Source: Opitutales bacterium
GTDB taxonomy: Bacteria > Verrucomicrobiota > Verrucomicrobiia > Opitutales > PNEW01
Length of the DNA: 32,000 bases
Assembly: GCA_965219535.1 (NCBI GenBank)
Contig: CBDCNV010000002.1
Coordinates: forward strand, 990,001-1,022,000
Reading direction: 5' to 3'
How positions within the stretch are numbered: the stretch's first letter is position 1; every line of letters begins with the position of its first letter. The notes under the pieces are model-generated. The model was not told where the DNA came from. It saw only the letters and a list, made by a program, of their open reading frames with translations, and ran no database searches. Both the position numbers and the translations under genes were made by a program. Below, in pieces: positions 7,904 to 16,744 of this stretch.

Positions 7904-7950
7904 ACAGTGAACAGTGAACAGTGAACAGTGAACAGTGAACAGTGAACAGT
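7893..7950. repeat. Perfect tandem heptanucleotide repeat (GTGAACA) x 8 plus GT
   Basis: Counted directly: units start at 7893, 7900, 7907, 7914, 7921, 7928, 7935 and 7942, with no mismatches. It sits at the junction of the PRT gene's 3' end and the convergent intergenic region. Confidence 0.98.
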
Positions 7951-8090
7951 ATTAGGATGTAAGGTGGAGCGGGCTGTCCCTAGCACGCTTCTCAACTTTT
8001 GGTAACTCTTAAATGAGTGCTTTTCGCAATGACAATAAAACAAGTTACACGCCTAAGGTCATTAAGGGAATGACGCGATTGCGGGGCCAG

Positions 8091-9371
8091 TTAAGCAGGC
8101 GACGATGCCGGTTGTAGATAGGGAATGGTTTGAGGACCTTCAGGCAGAATCGCTACCGGTGTATCTCGCCCAATCCTATTGAGTTCCTGATTAAGGGCAT
8201 CTGCTAAATTGGGTATAGGAATTAAGTGACTGCGCACAACTTGATCAGGATCCAGTTCACTAAAAAGAGCAACGCGCGCCTTTTCCAGTATAATAGCTAA
8301 AAGTTGTACTTGCCACTGATCGCAGAGAAGAAAACCAGGTGTTTTAATCGCTGCCAAAAACGCTGAGGGGGAATCATATTCAAAAAGTAGTTTCTTAAAA
8401 TTTCCATGGTTGGGAAAACCATCATTGCATTTTGCCGCGGTAATGATCAGACCGTCGTCTTCAACAATTTGCGCGGCGGCTGACATCCCTTTAACCGCTT
8501 GATAAAGGTTCTGGTCTAAGGGATAGCCGCTATTAGTTGTGATAACGATGGGAAAAGGTTTCGGGCAGGCGATCATCGCGGTCTCTTTAACAAAAGCGCA
8601 ACCCTCATGGAAAGCTGCCGATGTGTCACCGCAGAAAAACTTCGTGATTTCCCGGTTTCGATTTTGTGCCAGGTTAATACAAAAATCTATAGGTAAAAGT
8701 GATCCGTTCGCATAAATCTGTTCTTGGGTTGGATTACTATCTAAATTCCCCCACGTGCTACGTGCATCACCGATAACATGGGCGTTATGATACTGCATAA
8801 TTGTATCTTTGTTTGCGATGCCCGGAAAGACAGCTTTATACCCCCCTGAGAAACCAGCCATGAAATGCGGTTCAATAAATCCCATTATGATACGTTTGTC
8901 TGCTTTCACATAATGATCGTTGAAATAAACGGAATAACCAAATTTTGACTCACCGGCATAGGCGAGCGCAGTCGGATCGTCGCCCTTATGATCAACAACT
9001 CGATAATTCTCAACGATCTCTTTGCCAAGCATAGTCTCAAGCTCCTCAGGTGTATGTCCGCGATGTGTGCCCGTTCCTGTAATAATCGTAAAGTTCGTTT
9101 TGGTAAGATGGTGAAGTTCGTGAAACAACCAGGGTAGTAAGCGATCATTTGGCAGTGGACGCGTAATATCGGGAATAACCACCGCGACACGGTCGCTTGG
9201 TTGAATAATTTCGCGAAGAGGTGATGATTGAATGGGATGGCGAACAGCGTCCTCAAATGCTATCTGTTCGTCCGAGAGGCCTTTTAAATATTGGGGTGAG
9301 AGAATAGTTGCATTAACCCCATCCAACTCTAATTCAAGACCTTCAGTCCCATAATCCAATAGAGTTACCAT
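8091..9371 (-). CDS. LarA-family (nickel-pincer cofactor-dependent lactate racemase-like) 2-hydroxyacid racemase/epimerase homologue
   Basis: 426-aa ORF with LarA-type motifs: VVIPDITRPLP, GTGTHRGH, and GFIEPHFMAGFSGGYKAVFPG (with the cofactor-tethering Lys position). It lies 35 nt downstream of rph on the same strand. Confidence 0.8.
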   Translation of the reverse strand: MVTLLDYGTEGLELELDGVNATILSPQYLKGLSDEQIAFEDAVRHPIQSSPLREIIQPSDRVAVVIPDITRPLPNDRLLPWLFHELHHLTKTNFTIITGTGTHRGHTPEELETMLGKEIVENYRVVDHKGDDPTALAYAGESKFGYSVYFNDHYVKADKRIIMGFIEPHFMAGFSGGYKAVFPGIANKDTIMQYHNAHVIGDARSTWGNLDSNPTQEQIYANGSLLPIDFCINLAQNRNREITKFFCGDTSAAFHEGCAFVKETAMIACPKPFPIVITTNSGYPLDQNLYQAVKGMSAAAQIVEDDGLIITAAKCNDGFPNHGNFKKLLFEYDSPSAFLAAIKTPGFLLCDQWQVQLLAIILEKARVALFSELDPDQVVRSHLIPIPNLADALNQELNRIGRDTPVAILPEGPQTIPYLQPASSPA

Positions 9372-9406
9372 AACTGAAATTGTCCCTCCAGAAAATCAAG
9401 CGCAAT

Positions 9407-10156
9407 TTATTCAGCGTCTAATTCCCCTTTGATTAGCAGGTTTTGTTTTTCTGTAATATCCGCAATTCCCTTGCGGCCTAGGGATATCAGCTTGTCTAAT
9501 TGTTCCTGGGAAAAAGATGCTTCTTCACCACTTCCTTGGACTTCAACAAATCTACCACTACCGGTCATTACGACATTAAAATCAACCGTGGCATCTCTAT
9601 CTTCGAGGTAATTGAGATCGGTAATTTCATGATCCTTATATAAACCGACACTGACTGCTGCTACCGAATCTGTTAGAGGATTTTCTTCTAGTTGTCCGGC
9701 TTTTAAAAACTTTTCCACGGCCAATCTGGCCGCTAAATAAGCACCCGTAATAGACGCGCAACGCGTTCCCCCGTCTGCTTGCAGGACATCGCAATCGATC
9801 CATAAACAAGAGCCAGGCAATTTTGATAAATCAGCAATCGCGCGCAGCGATCGCCCTATAAGGCGCTGAATTTCAACTGTTCGGCCGTCTGCTCTACCAC
9901 GAGAGATGTCACGTGTTTTGCGATCCAAAGTACTGTAGGGAAGCATCGAGTATTCTGCGGTGATCCAACCTCCCTCCTTATTCTGTTGTTGCATCCACCG
10001 GGGACGGTTTTTGTCAATCGTCGCAGCGCAAATTACTCTTGTATCGCCAAAACCGATAAGTACTGAACCCGAAGCATTAGGAGCTATGCCAATATCAAAG
10101 GTAATGGGACGTAGTTCTTGTGCATGGCGCTTATCGGGCCGGTTTAATTCTGACAT
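9407..10156 (-). CDS. rph: Ribonuclease PH
   Basis: Motifs LRPITF, GSVLIGFGDTRVICAA and DCDVLQADGGTR are present. The start is set at ATG 10156 (MSELNRPDKR...). The 27-aa extension to 10237 in the ORF track looks non-coding. Confidence 0.9.
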   Translation of the reverse strand: MSELNRPDKRHAQELRPITFDIGIAPNASGSVLIGFGDTRVICAATIDKNRPRWMQQQNKEGGWITAEYSMLPYSTLDRKTRDISRGRADGRTVEIQRLIGRSLRAIADLSKLPGSCLWIDCDVLQADGGTRCASITGAYLAARLAVEKFLKAGQLEENPLTDSVAAVSVGLYKDHEITDLNYLEDRDATVDFNVVMTGSGRFVEVQGSGEEASFSQEQLDKLISLGRKGIADITEKQNLLIKGELDAE

Positions 10157-10249
10157 GGTGGAAATAATTAAATTGAATGTATGGTATAGCGCTACCCTAA
10201 AAGGGTAATTAAGCGGGTCAATCGACAAGTTCAGCAATACATACCAGCG

Positions 10250-12304
10250 TTAAGCGATCGCGGTTTCTTTTTTAGCAACGTCTGGATCGGTCCACTTACC
10301 TTGTGCTTTAATCAATTCGATCAGCTTATCAACGGCGTGTTCTTCATCAATATGGTACTCAACACAATTTTTAGCCACGTAGAGATTTATCTTACCGGGA
10401 GCACCACCCACATATCCAAAATCCGCGTCGGCCATCTCACCAGGACCGTTAACGATACATCCCATAACGGCGATCGTTACCCCTTTAAGATGATCGGTTC
10501 TCGATCGGATTTGCTGGGTCGTAGATTGAAGGTCAAACAATGTGCGGCCACAGCTGGGACAAGCGACAAATTCTGTTTTAGATATACGGGCGCGGGCGCC
10601 TTGAAGAATGTTATAGGCAAGGGTGGAAGCGCGACGGATATCCGGTTCAGTTTCGATACTGATCAAATCTCCCAATCCATCGCATAAGAGGCTACCCGAA
10701 TAAGTGGCAGCCTCTAAAAGGCGGTCGCCGAAATAATCTTTTAAATCGATAGTATTACACTTTGTATTGCGTATCCATAGCGGGGCGGAAATGTTCAAAC
10801 GCTTTAATATACTGGCAACCTTTCGAAAGGCACCCAATGGATGTGTCGTTTCAGGAGGATGGGAGAGAGTAAATACCAAGTTCGCATTGCTGTGCGTCTG
10901 TAGTAAATCTTCCATCTCAGGCAAGGCTTGCGGTGAAATATCCAGGGCAAGGAAGTGGCCATTCTTATGAGAGAAATCAAGATAACGTCTCAACAATTCT
11001 CTTTCATTCGATTTAAATTGCCTAAGCAGCATCCATTGGCTGTCAGCTGGCCAGGTTATTTTTTCGAGATGACTGAATTCAAGTGATTCTCTACATTCGA
11101 CGACATAAAAAGGGATAGATTTTTGAAGCGAGGATTGAATCGAGAGAAGAGAGGGTATATCATCACAGTCTTCAACGGTTAGGAGTAATCCCTCAATTTT
11201 TGTATCCTTGAGGAGAGCTTGTGCCTGTGACACTTCATTAACAATAGCCTCTGCTTTTGCGATAGGATGATGGCTCGGGATGATAATTCTTGGCGGTTGA
11301 TTCGTAGCAATAGCGCAACTTTTATTCAGTTCGATAGTCGTGACCGCGCGTCGCGTGTATTCAAAGGGATTGATACTATCGAGATCAGTCCCGTCATCAT
11401 CGGCCGCAGTTTCATGATTCCAAAGTTGCATCGTTTTAGCTGCCAATGCTTGCGCAACTGGAACTTCATAAACGGGATCTTCGGTTAAAGAGACACGTAT
11501 AGTGTCTCCCAATCCATCGTAGAGAAGACTTCCGATACCGATAGAACTTTTAATGCGAGCATCTTCACCATCACCGGCTTCAGTTACTCCAAGATGTAAG
11601 GGGTAATTCATCCCATCAGCATTCATTTTATCTACTACGAGTCGATAAGCCTGAATCATAACTTTAGGATTACTCGCTTTCATCGAAAGGATAATGTCCT
11701 GAAATCCATGTGATTCAGCGATACGGATAAATTCCAGCGCTGATTCCACCATACCCAGGGGTGTGTCTCCATAGCGGTTCATGATGCGGTCGGAGAGCGA
11801 ACCGTGATTTGTTCCAATACGCAGCGATCGACCTAAAGCTTTGCACTTTTTAACTAAGGGGGAAAATCCATCGTGCAAGCGTTGCAACTCTTCATCATAT
11901 TGCGCATCGGTGTACTCGCGAATGGCAAATTTCTTTTTATCGGCATAATTACCTGGATTAACTCTCACTTTTTCTACATGTTCGGCCGCTTCCATCGCCG
12001 CGCGGGGTAGAAAATGTATGTCGGCAACCAGAGGAACACCAATTTTTGACTGCCGAAGTTTTTTACTAATGGCTTTGAGTGCTTGGGCCGCCATCAGATT
12101 CTGAGCGGTGATGCGGACAATCTCGCACCCGGCTTCAACCAGGGCGATGGTCTGTTTAACTGTAGCTTCAATATCTTGCGTCGGTGTAGTCGTCATCGAT
12201 TGCACGCGGATGGGGTTGTCACCACCAACACCGACATTACCAACGAACACCTCTCGCGTCAGTCGTCGAGTGGCATTGAAACGGGAATTGCAGTAATCAG
12301 CCAT
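10250..12304 (-). CDS. ispG: 4-hydroxy-3-methylbut-2-en-1-yl diphosphate synthase, long form with inserted domain
   Basis: 684-aa ORF. It has an N-terminal TIM-barrel region, a large central insertion and a C-terminal Fe-S domain with CPSCGRT and GCIVNGPGE. Confidence 0.92.
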   Translation of the reverse strand: MADYCNSRFNATRRLTREVFVGNVGVGGDNPIRVQSMTTTPTQDIEATVKQTIALVEAGCEIVRITAQNLMAAQALKAISKKLRQSKIGVPLVADIHFLPRAAMEAAEHVEKVRVNPGNYADKKKFAIREYTDAQYDEELQRLHDGFSPLVKKCKALGRSLRIGTNHGSLSDRIMNRYGDTPLGMVESALEFIRIAESHGFQDIILSMKASNPKVMIQAYRLVVDKMNADGMNYPLHLGVTEAGDGEDARIKSSIGIGSLLYDGLGDTIRVSLTEDPVYEVPVAQALAAKTMQLWNHETAADDDGTDLDSINPFEYTRRAVTTIELNKSCAIATNQPPRIIIPSHHPIAKAEAIVNEVSQAQALLKDTKIEGLLLTVEDCDDIPSLLSIQSSLQKSIPFYVVECRESLEFSHLEKITWPADSQWMLLRQFKSNERELLRRYLDFSHKNGHFLALDISPQALPEMEDLLQTHSNANLVFTLSHPPETTHPLGAFRKVASILKRLNISAPLWIRNTKCNTIDLKDYFGDRLLEAATYSGSLLCDGLGDLISIETEPDIRRASTLAYNILQGARARISKTEFVACPSCGRTLFDLQSTTQQIRSRTDHLKGVTIAVMGCIVNGPGEMADADFGYVGGAPGKINLYVAKNCVEYHIDEEHAVDKLIELIKAQGKWTDPDVAKKETAIA

Positions 12305-12327
12305 AAGAGAAAGGAGAACAATAAAAA

Positions 12328-13812
12328 TTAATCCTCATTAGTGTCTGTAATCGTTTTATCCTCAGCATTAAAAACCGGATCGACGATGTTATCCAACTGC
12401 TCCTGGTATTTACGCTCATCATTTATGTCTCGGCCTACGCGCTGGAAATCAAAAAACATAACATAAAAAAAGAGTCCAAAAAGCATGATAATAAATACAC
12501 CCTGAGTACTTGCGATAAATCGGGGTGGCAATGCTTTTCCCCGGATTTTAGCCATCGTGGCAAAGGCCATATGACCGCCATCGAGGACCGGAATGGGGAG
12601 CAGGTTGAGAATCGCGAGATTGACATTAATGAGCGCAGTGAGGACGAGAACCAACCTCAAATCGAAAGATACGCGATAAATCGCATAAACAATTCCCGGG
12701 GGACCGGTAAGTTGATTCAAACGAATGTCTGACTGTGGGTGAATGAGACCCCACAGGACTTGCAATGTCACCGTGACGTGTTGATAGATCTGAGTAAGTG
12801 GATTGACATGAATAAGGTATCTTTTTCGCTCCAACTCGAAACCCATGCTGGGAGCGGTGTCACCATTTTTAGTCACGACGACGGTATCTGGTTTAAGTAA
12901 AAACTCGAGGGACCTACCAGACCGGTCAATGACCAAAGACATCGTCTTTTCCCGGTTGGTTTGAATATAACTATTCAGCGCATGGTAAGTCATCATTGGC
13001 TGACCGTCTAAAGAAACAATTTTATCGCCTGGCATCAACCCGACACGAGCGGCCGGTGAATTTTCCGACACGTTACCGAGAGTCAGCGTTTCAGCGGGTT
13101 GTACACCTACCATTCGCATGCGCTCATCAGTAGCGAGGATGGGAAATACTTCAATATCGAGAGTTTTATCGCCGCGCAATACGGTGAAGACACTGCGTGG
13201 GGACCCGGTATCACTTCGACCGGTGCCGGTGATCAGGGTATGCTTAAAATCAGACCAGTTTTCGACAATGGCTCCATCGATTTTCGTTACGACATCACCT
13301 GCTTTAATCCCGGCCTTGAATGCGGGGGCTTCGACCTCTTCACCATCAGGCGTTACCAAGGTTGGAAATACATAACCGATACGCGTCGTTTGCAGAATTT
13401 CTGAAGTCGGTTGTCCGACGAACCACAAAATTGTTGCGAGTAGAAGCGCAAAAAGAACATTAAAAACTGCACCCATTACCGCGACAATCATCTTATCAGC
13501 GTAACCGATGGGTGGTAATTCTTCTTCAGTCGACTCAGTTTCACCTTCGATACCGCGCAGATCGGCGAGCTGAGGTAGTGCGACGTATCCACCGAGGGGA
13601 AACGCGGATATACAGTATTCGACACCCTCTTTTTTCCAGGTAAAGATCTTAGGTCCGAATCCAATTGAAAAACGATCGATCTTTAACCCGCGTTTGCGAG
13701 CGGCAAGAAAATGACCCAATTCATGGACGAAGATAGATCCCCCAAAGAATAAAATTATTAAAAGAATAGACCAAAAACTGGAAAAGAGAGTTTTAAATAT
13801 TTCAGGATTCAT
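12328..13812 (-). CDS. rseP: RIP site-2 zinc metalloprotease RseP
   Basis: Has the HELGH zinc motif, PDZ-like central regions and NLLPIPVLDGGH. The start is set at ATG 13812 (MNPEIFK...), which overlaps the dxr stop by 11 nt. The longer 13857 start would overlap dxr by 56 nt. Confidence 0.9.
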   Translation of the reverse strand: MNPEIFKTLFSSFWSILLIILFFGGSIFVHELGHFLAARKRGLKIDRFSIGFGPKIFTWKKEGVEYCISAFPLGGYVALPQLADLRGIEGETESTEEELPPIGYADKMIVAVMGAVFNVLFALLLATILWFVGQPTSEILQTTRIGYVFPTLVTPDGEEVEAPAFKAGIKAGDVVTKIDGAIVENWSDFKHTLITGTGRSDTGSPRSVFTVLRGDKTLDIEVFPILATDERMRMVGVQPAETLTLGNVSENSPAARVGLMPGDKIVSLDGQPMMTYHALNSYIQTNREKTMSLVIDRSGRSLEFLLKPDTVVVTKNGDTAPSMGFELERKRYLIHVNPLTQIYQHVTVTLQVLWGLIHPQSDIRLNQLTGPPGIVYAIYRVSFDLRLVLVLTALINVNLAILNLLPIPVLDGGHMAFATMAKIRGKALPPRFIASTQGVFIIMLFGLFFYVMFFDFQRVGRDINDERKYQEQLDNIVDPVFNAEDKTITDTNED

Positions 13813-14971
13813 AGTTGGCAATTTTACTGCGCGCCACTTCGCGCGCAGACGCTTCAAACTCCAAAACCTGATCGAGATTTTGCGGTTCGAAACAAGATAC
13901 GGTTTCTAATGTTCTTTCTATAATATTAGGAATAGTGAGGTACTCAATCCGATTTTCAAGAAATGCACTGACCGCTTCTTCATTTGAAGCATTAAATGCT
14001 GCGGGGGCAGTGCCGCCGGAGACAAGCGCTTCACGGGCGAGGCGCAAACAGGGAAATCGTCCAATATCCGGGGGGCGGAAATCGAATTGCATAACCTGAG
14101 AAAAGTCGAGTGTTTCGGTTACACCCTCACTGCGGTTGGGGTAGAGCAAGGTATGCTGAAGGGCGAATGTCATGGAGGGGGGAGAAAGTTGCGCCAATAT
14201 AGAACCGTCGATAAATTCAACAAGTGAATGAATGATACTTTGAGGATGCACAACGACTTGGATTTCATCAGGTTTTCGACCGAATAACCAATGCGCTTCA
14301 ATTACCTCAAGACCTTTGTTGGCCATGGTTGAACTATCAACAGTGATTTTAGGACCCATCGACCAGTTAGGGTGTTTGAGTGCATCCTCACGTGTAATCG
14401 TTTTCATTTGCTCAGAGCTGTAATCACGAAAGGGTCCGCCCGAGGCGGTGAGTATAACGCGGGCAAGGTCTTTTCCATTAGAGTTCTGAAGACATTGAAA
14501 AATAGCATTATGTTCACTGTCTGCCGGTAATATTTTTCGCCCATGCTTTTTAGCCGCATCCATCACGAATTTACCGGCTAAAACGAGAACTTCCTTACTC
14601 GCAAGAGCGACGTCATTACCCGCTTGAAGAGCAGCCAGGGTAGGGTGCAAACAGATTGTGCCGGGGACGGCAATCACCGCAATATCCGCGTCAGGCAATG
14701 ATGCTAATTCAGTGAGGCCTTGTAATCCACAATTAAGATGGACATCTTTTGCGAACAGATTGGAATCGCGCGCTTTATTGTAAGCGATTTCGTCGAATAT
14801 AGTAACGTGCTTGATCGCAAACTCATTTGCGATGTTTGCTAATGCATCGATCTTAGAAAAAGCGGCGATACCAAAAAGCGCGAGGCGATCAGGGTTTCTG
14901 CGTACGACTTGAAGCGTGTTATCCCCGATCGAACCGGTTGCTCCCAATAAAATTATTTTTTTACGATCCAT
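13802..14971 (-). CDS. dxr: 1-deoxy-D-xylulose-5-phosphate reductoisomerase
   Basis: 389-aa ORF with the N-terminal LGATGSIG NADPH motif and typical Dxr length and conserved blocks (DSEH, HPNW). Confidence 0.93.
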   Translation of the reverse strand: MDRKKIILLGATGSIGDNTLQVVRRNPDRLALFGIAAFSKIDALANIANEFAIKHVTIFDEIAYNKARDSNLFAKDVHLNCGLQGLTELASLPDADIAVIAVPGTICLHPTLAALQAGNDVALASKEVLVLAGKFVMDAAKKHGRKILPADSEHNAIFQCLQNSNGKDLARVILTASGGPFRDYSSEQMKTITREDALKHPNWSMGPKITVDSSTMANKGLEVIEAHWLFGRKPDEIQVVVHPQSIIHSLVEFIDGSILAQLSPPSMTFALQHTLLYPNRSEGVTETLDFSQVMQFDFRPPDIGRFPCLRLAREALVSGGTAPAAFNASNEEAVSAFLENRIEYLTIPNIIERTLETVSCFEPQNLDQVLEFEASAREVARSKIANYES

Positions 14972-14973
14972 TT

Positions 14974-15810
14974 TTATAATATATATTTTAAAAATAAATA
15001 GCCAGCGGGCGCACTTAGAATAACGCTGTCTAAAAGATCAAATGCGCCTCCAATTCCAGGTATTTTATTTCCAGAATTTTTAACCGCGGCATGACGTTTA
15101 AAAAGCGATTCCACAAGGTCAGAAAAGATAGCGATGAGTGCAATGGGAATGGCGATGATCGCAGCTTTCCAAGGAATAAATGTCGGCGGTAAATATTTAT
15201 GACCTATCAATACAAAGAGGTAAGCAGCTAAAGCTGAGAAAAAAATGGCGCCCAATACACCTTCCCAAGTCTTTTTAGGGCTGATAGCGGGAGCAAGTTT
15301 CGTTTTTCCAAAGAATTTACCGACAAGAAAACCGCCTACATCACTGAATTTAGCTGTCACTACAACCCAAAGAGAAAGAAGAAGACCTTGCTCGAGACTT
15401 ACAGGATGCTGCATGAGTAGAATCAAGTGCATGAGCATGTAGGGAATATAGATAATTCCAAATAAAGTAGAAATAAAAGATGATGATTTGTGGGCAATTT
15501 CTTTTTTTCCCAGTATAGCCGCAGCACAGATTAGAGCGGATGCAGTGAGTAGCTCCGAGTTTGTGTAGACGGTAGAAGGATCAGAGAACCGCGGTAGGTA
15601 ATAGGTTCCGAGCATAATCAAAAGGCCTAAAATTAAACCCAGCCTTTTCATCGGGAAATGCCCGGTCTTTTCCAGAATCAGATACAACTCATATTGAGTT
15701 AAAACGCTGAAAAGAATAAGTATCCATACGCCAGCTGTAGGTCCACCAAGGAAGAGGGCTGAGATCAGGATTACCCACAGACCCAAGGTACTGAGAATGC
15801 GTTGCGTCAC
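14974..15810 (-). CDS. cdsA: Phosphatidate cytidylyltransferase family protein (CDP-diglyceride synthase)
   Basis: 278-aa polytopic membrane protein in the canonical uppS-cdsA-dxr context. The C-terminal signature region SLFKRHAAVKNSGNKIPGIGGAFDLLDS is recognisable but deviates from the canonical form (see findings). Confidence 0.8.
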   Translation of the reverse strand: MTQRILSTLGLWVILISALFLGGPTAGVWILILFSVLTQYELYLILEKTGHFPMKRLGLILGLLIMLGTYYLPRFSDPSTVYTNSELLTASALICAAAILGKKEIAHKSSSFISTLFGIIYIPYMLMHLILLMQHPVSLEQGLLLSLWVVVTAKFSDVGGFLVGKFFGKTKLAPAISPKKTWEGVLGAIFFSALAAYLFVLIGHKYLPPTFIPWKAAIIAIPIALIAIFSDLVESLFKRHAAVKNSGNKIPGIGGAFDLLDSVILSAPAGYLFLKYIL

Positions 15811-16616
15811 CTGTTCAAGATGGGCTCAGCGGGGCTTTTACGGACTTGCTCCCCTGTTTTACCAAAGCGTCGCTCTCGTTTCTTAAAGCTTTCGATAGCC
15901 TTTATAAAATCTTCTTTACTGAATTCCGGCCATAATTTTGGTGAGAAAAAAAATTCTGAATACGCGCCTTGTAAAAGCAAAAAATTACTTAATCGCGTTT
16001 CACCCGATGTGCGTATAATTAGATCGGGATCCGGTATATCATCCGTATAAAGGTATTGTGCGAATTCCTTCCAATTCAGGTTATCTGGTTTTTTTGTCCC
16101 GTCGAGAACCGCCCGGGTGTAGGCCTTTACGGCATCAATGACTTCGCTGCGCGCCCCATAATTTAAAGCGAAAATAAGAGTTCTATCTTGATAATGTGAT
16201 GTAGCCTCGATGGCTTGATTCAGTAACGCGCATAGTTTAGGTGGCAATTCATTAATACGACCGATCGCTTTGAGACGAATCTGATGTTTATGTAATTTCC
16301 CAAGGTTCGTTTTTAAAAAATGTTCGAGCATTTTCATTAACGCTTCTACATCACCTTGAGGGCGATCCCAATTTTCTGCGGAGAAGGCGTAAAAAGTAAG
16401 ATATTTGATGCCCAGCTCATGTGCGTATTCTACAATATTCCCCACATTTTCAACCCCCCGCTGATGCCCCTGATTGCGTCGCAAACCCTGCTGTTTTGCC
16501 CAACGACCGTTACCATCAGGGATTATAGCAACATGGGTCAGGGTTGGTATACTATCGGTTGGAAATATTTTCTTCACGACACAAATTGAAAAAGACAAGC
16601 AATGAGTAGAAATCAC
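15807..16616 (-). CDS. uppS: Undecaprenyl (isoprenyl) diphosphate synthase
   Basis: Has HVAIIPDGNGRWA and the C-terminal ERRFG. It overlaps the cdsA start by 4 nt. An alternative GTG start lies at 16577. Confidence 0.9.
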   Translation of the reverse strand: MISTHCLSFSICVVKKIFPTDSIPTLTHVAIIPDGNGRWAKQQGLRRNQGHQRGVENVGNIVEYAHELGIKYLTFYAFSAENWDRPQGDVEALMKMLEHFLKTNLGKLHKHQIRLKAIGRINELPPKLCALLNQAIEATSHYQDRTLIFALNYGARSEVIDAVKAYTRAVLDGTKKPDNLNWKEFAQYLYTDDIPDPDLIIRTSGETRLSNFLLLQGAYSEFFFSPKLWPEFSKEDFIKAIESFKKRERRFGKTGEQVRKSPAEPILNR

Positions 16617-16744
16617 CTATTAGTTTACTCTCACCTGCTGGTAAGAGTGAACATAATAATATGTGTAAAATTGTGGCAAATGTAAAGACGGGGAAGAAAA
16701 TTAACAAGATCCGAAAATAACGCGGCAATTTTCTTTATATAAGC

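Noticed and set aside
7893-7950. Possibility that the tandem repeat is a CRISPR array or a phase-variation switch for the PRT gene
   Set aside because: The units are 7 nt with no spacers, so this is not a CRISPR array. The stop codon lies in the second unit, so changes in copy number downstream cannot shift the reading frame of the CDS.
7681-8043. 120-aa minus-strand ORF containing the repeated peptide TVHCSLFTVHCSLFTVHCS
   Set aside because: It is an artefact of reading the stop-free strand of the (GTGAACA)8 microsatellite. It overlaps the 3' half of the PRT gene, whose PRPP motif is convincing.
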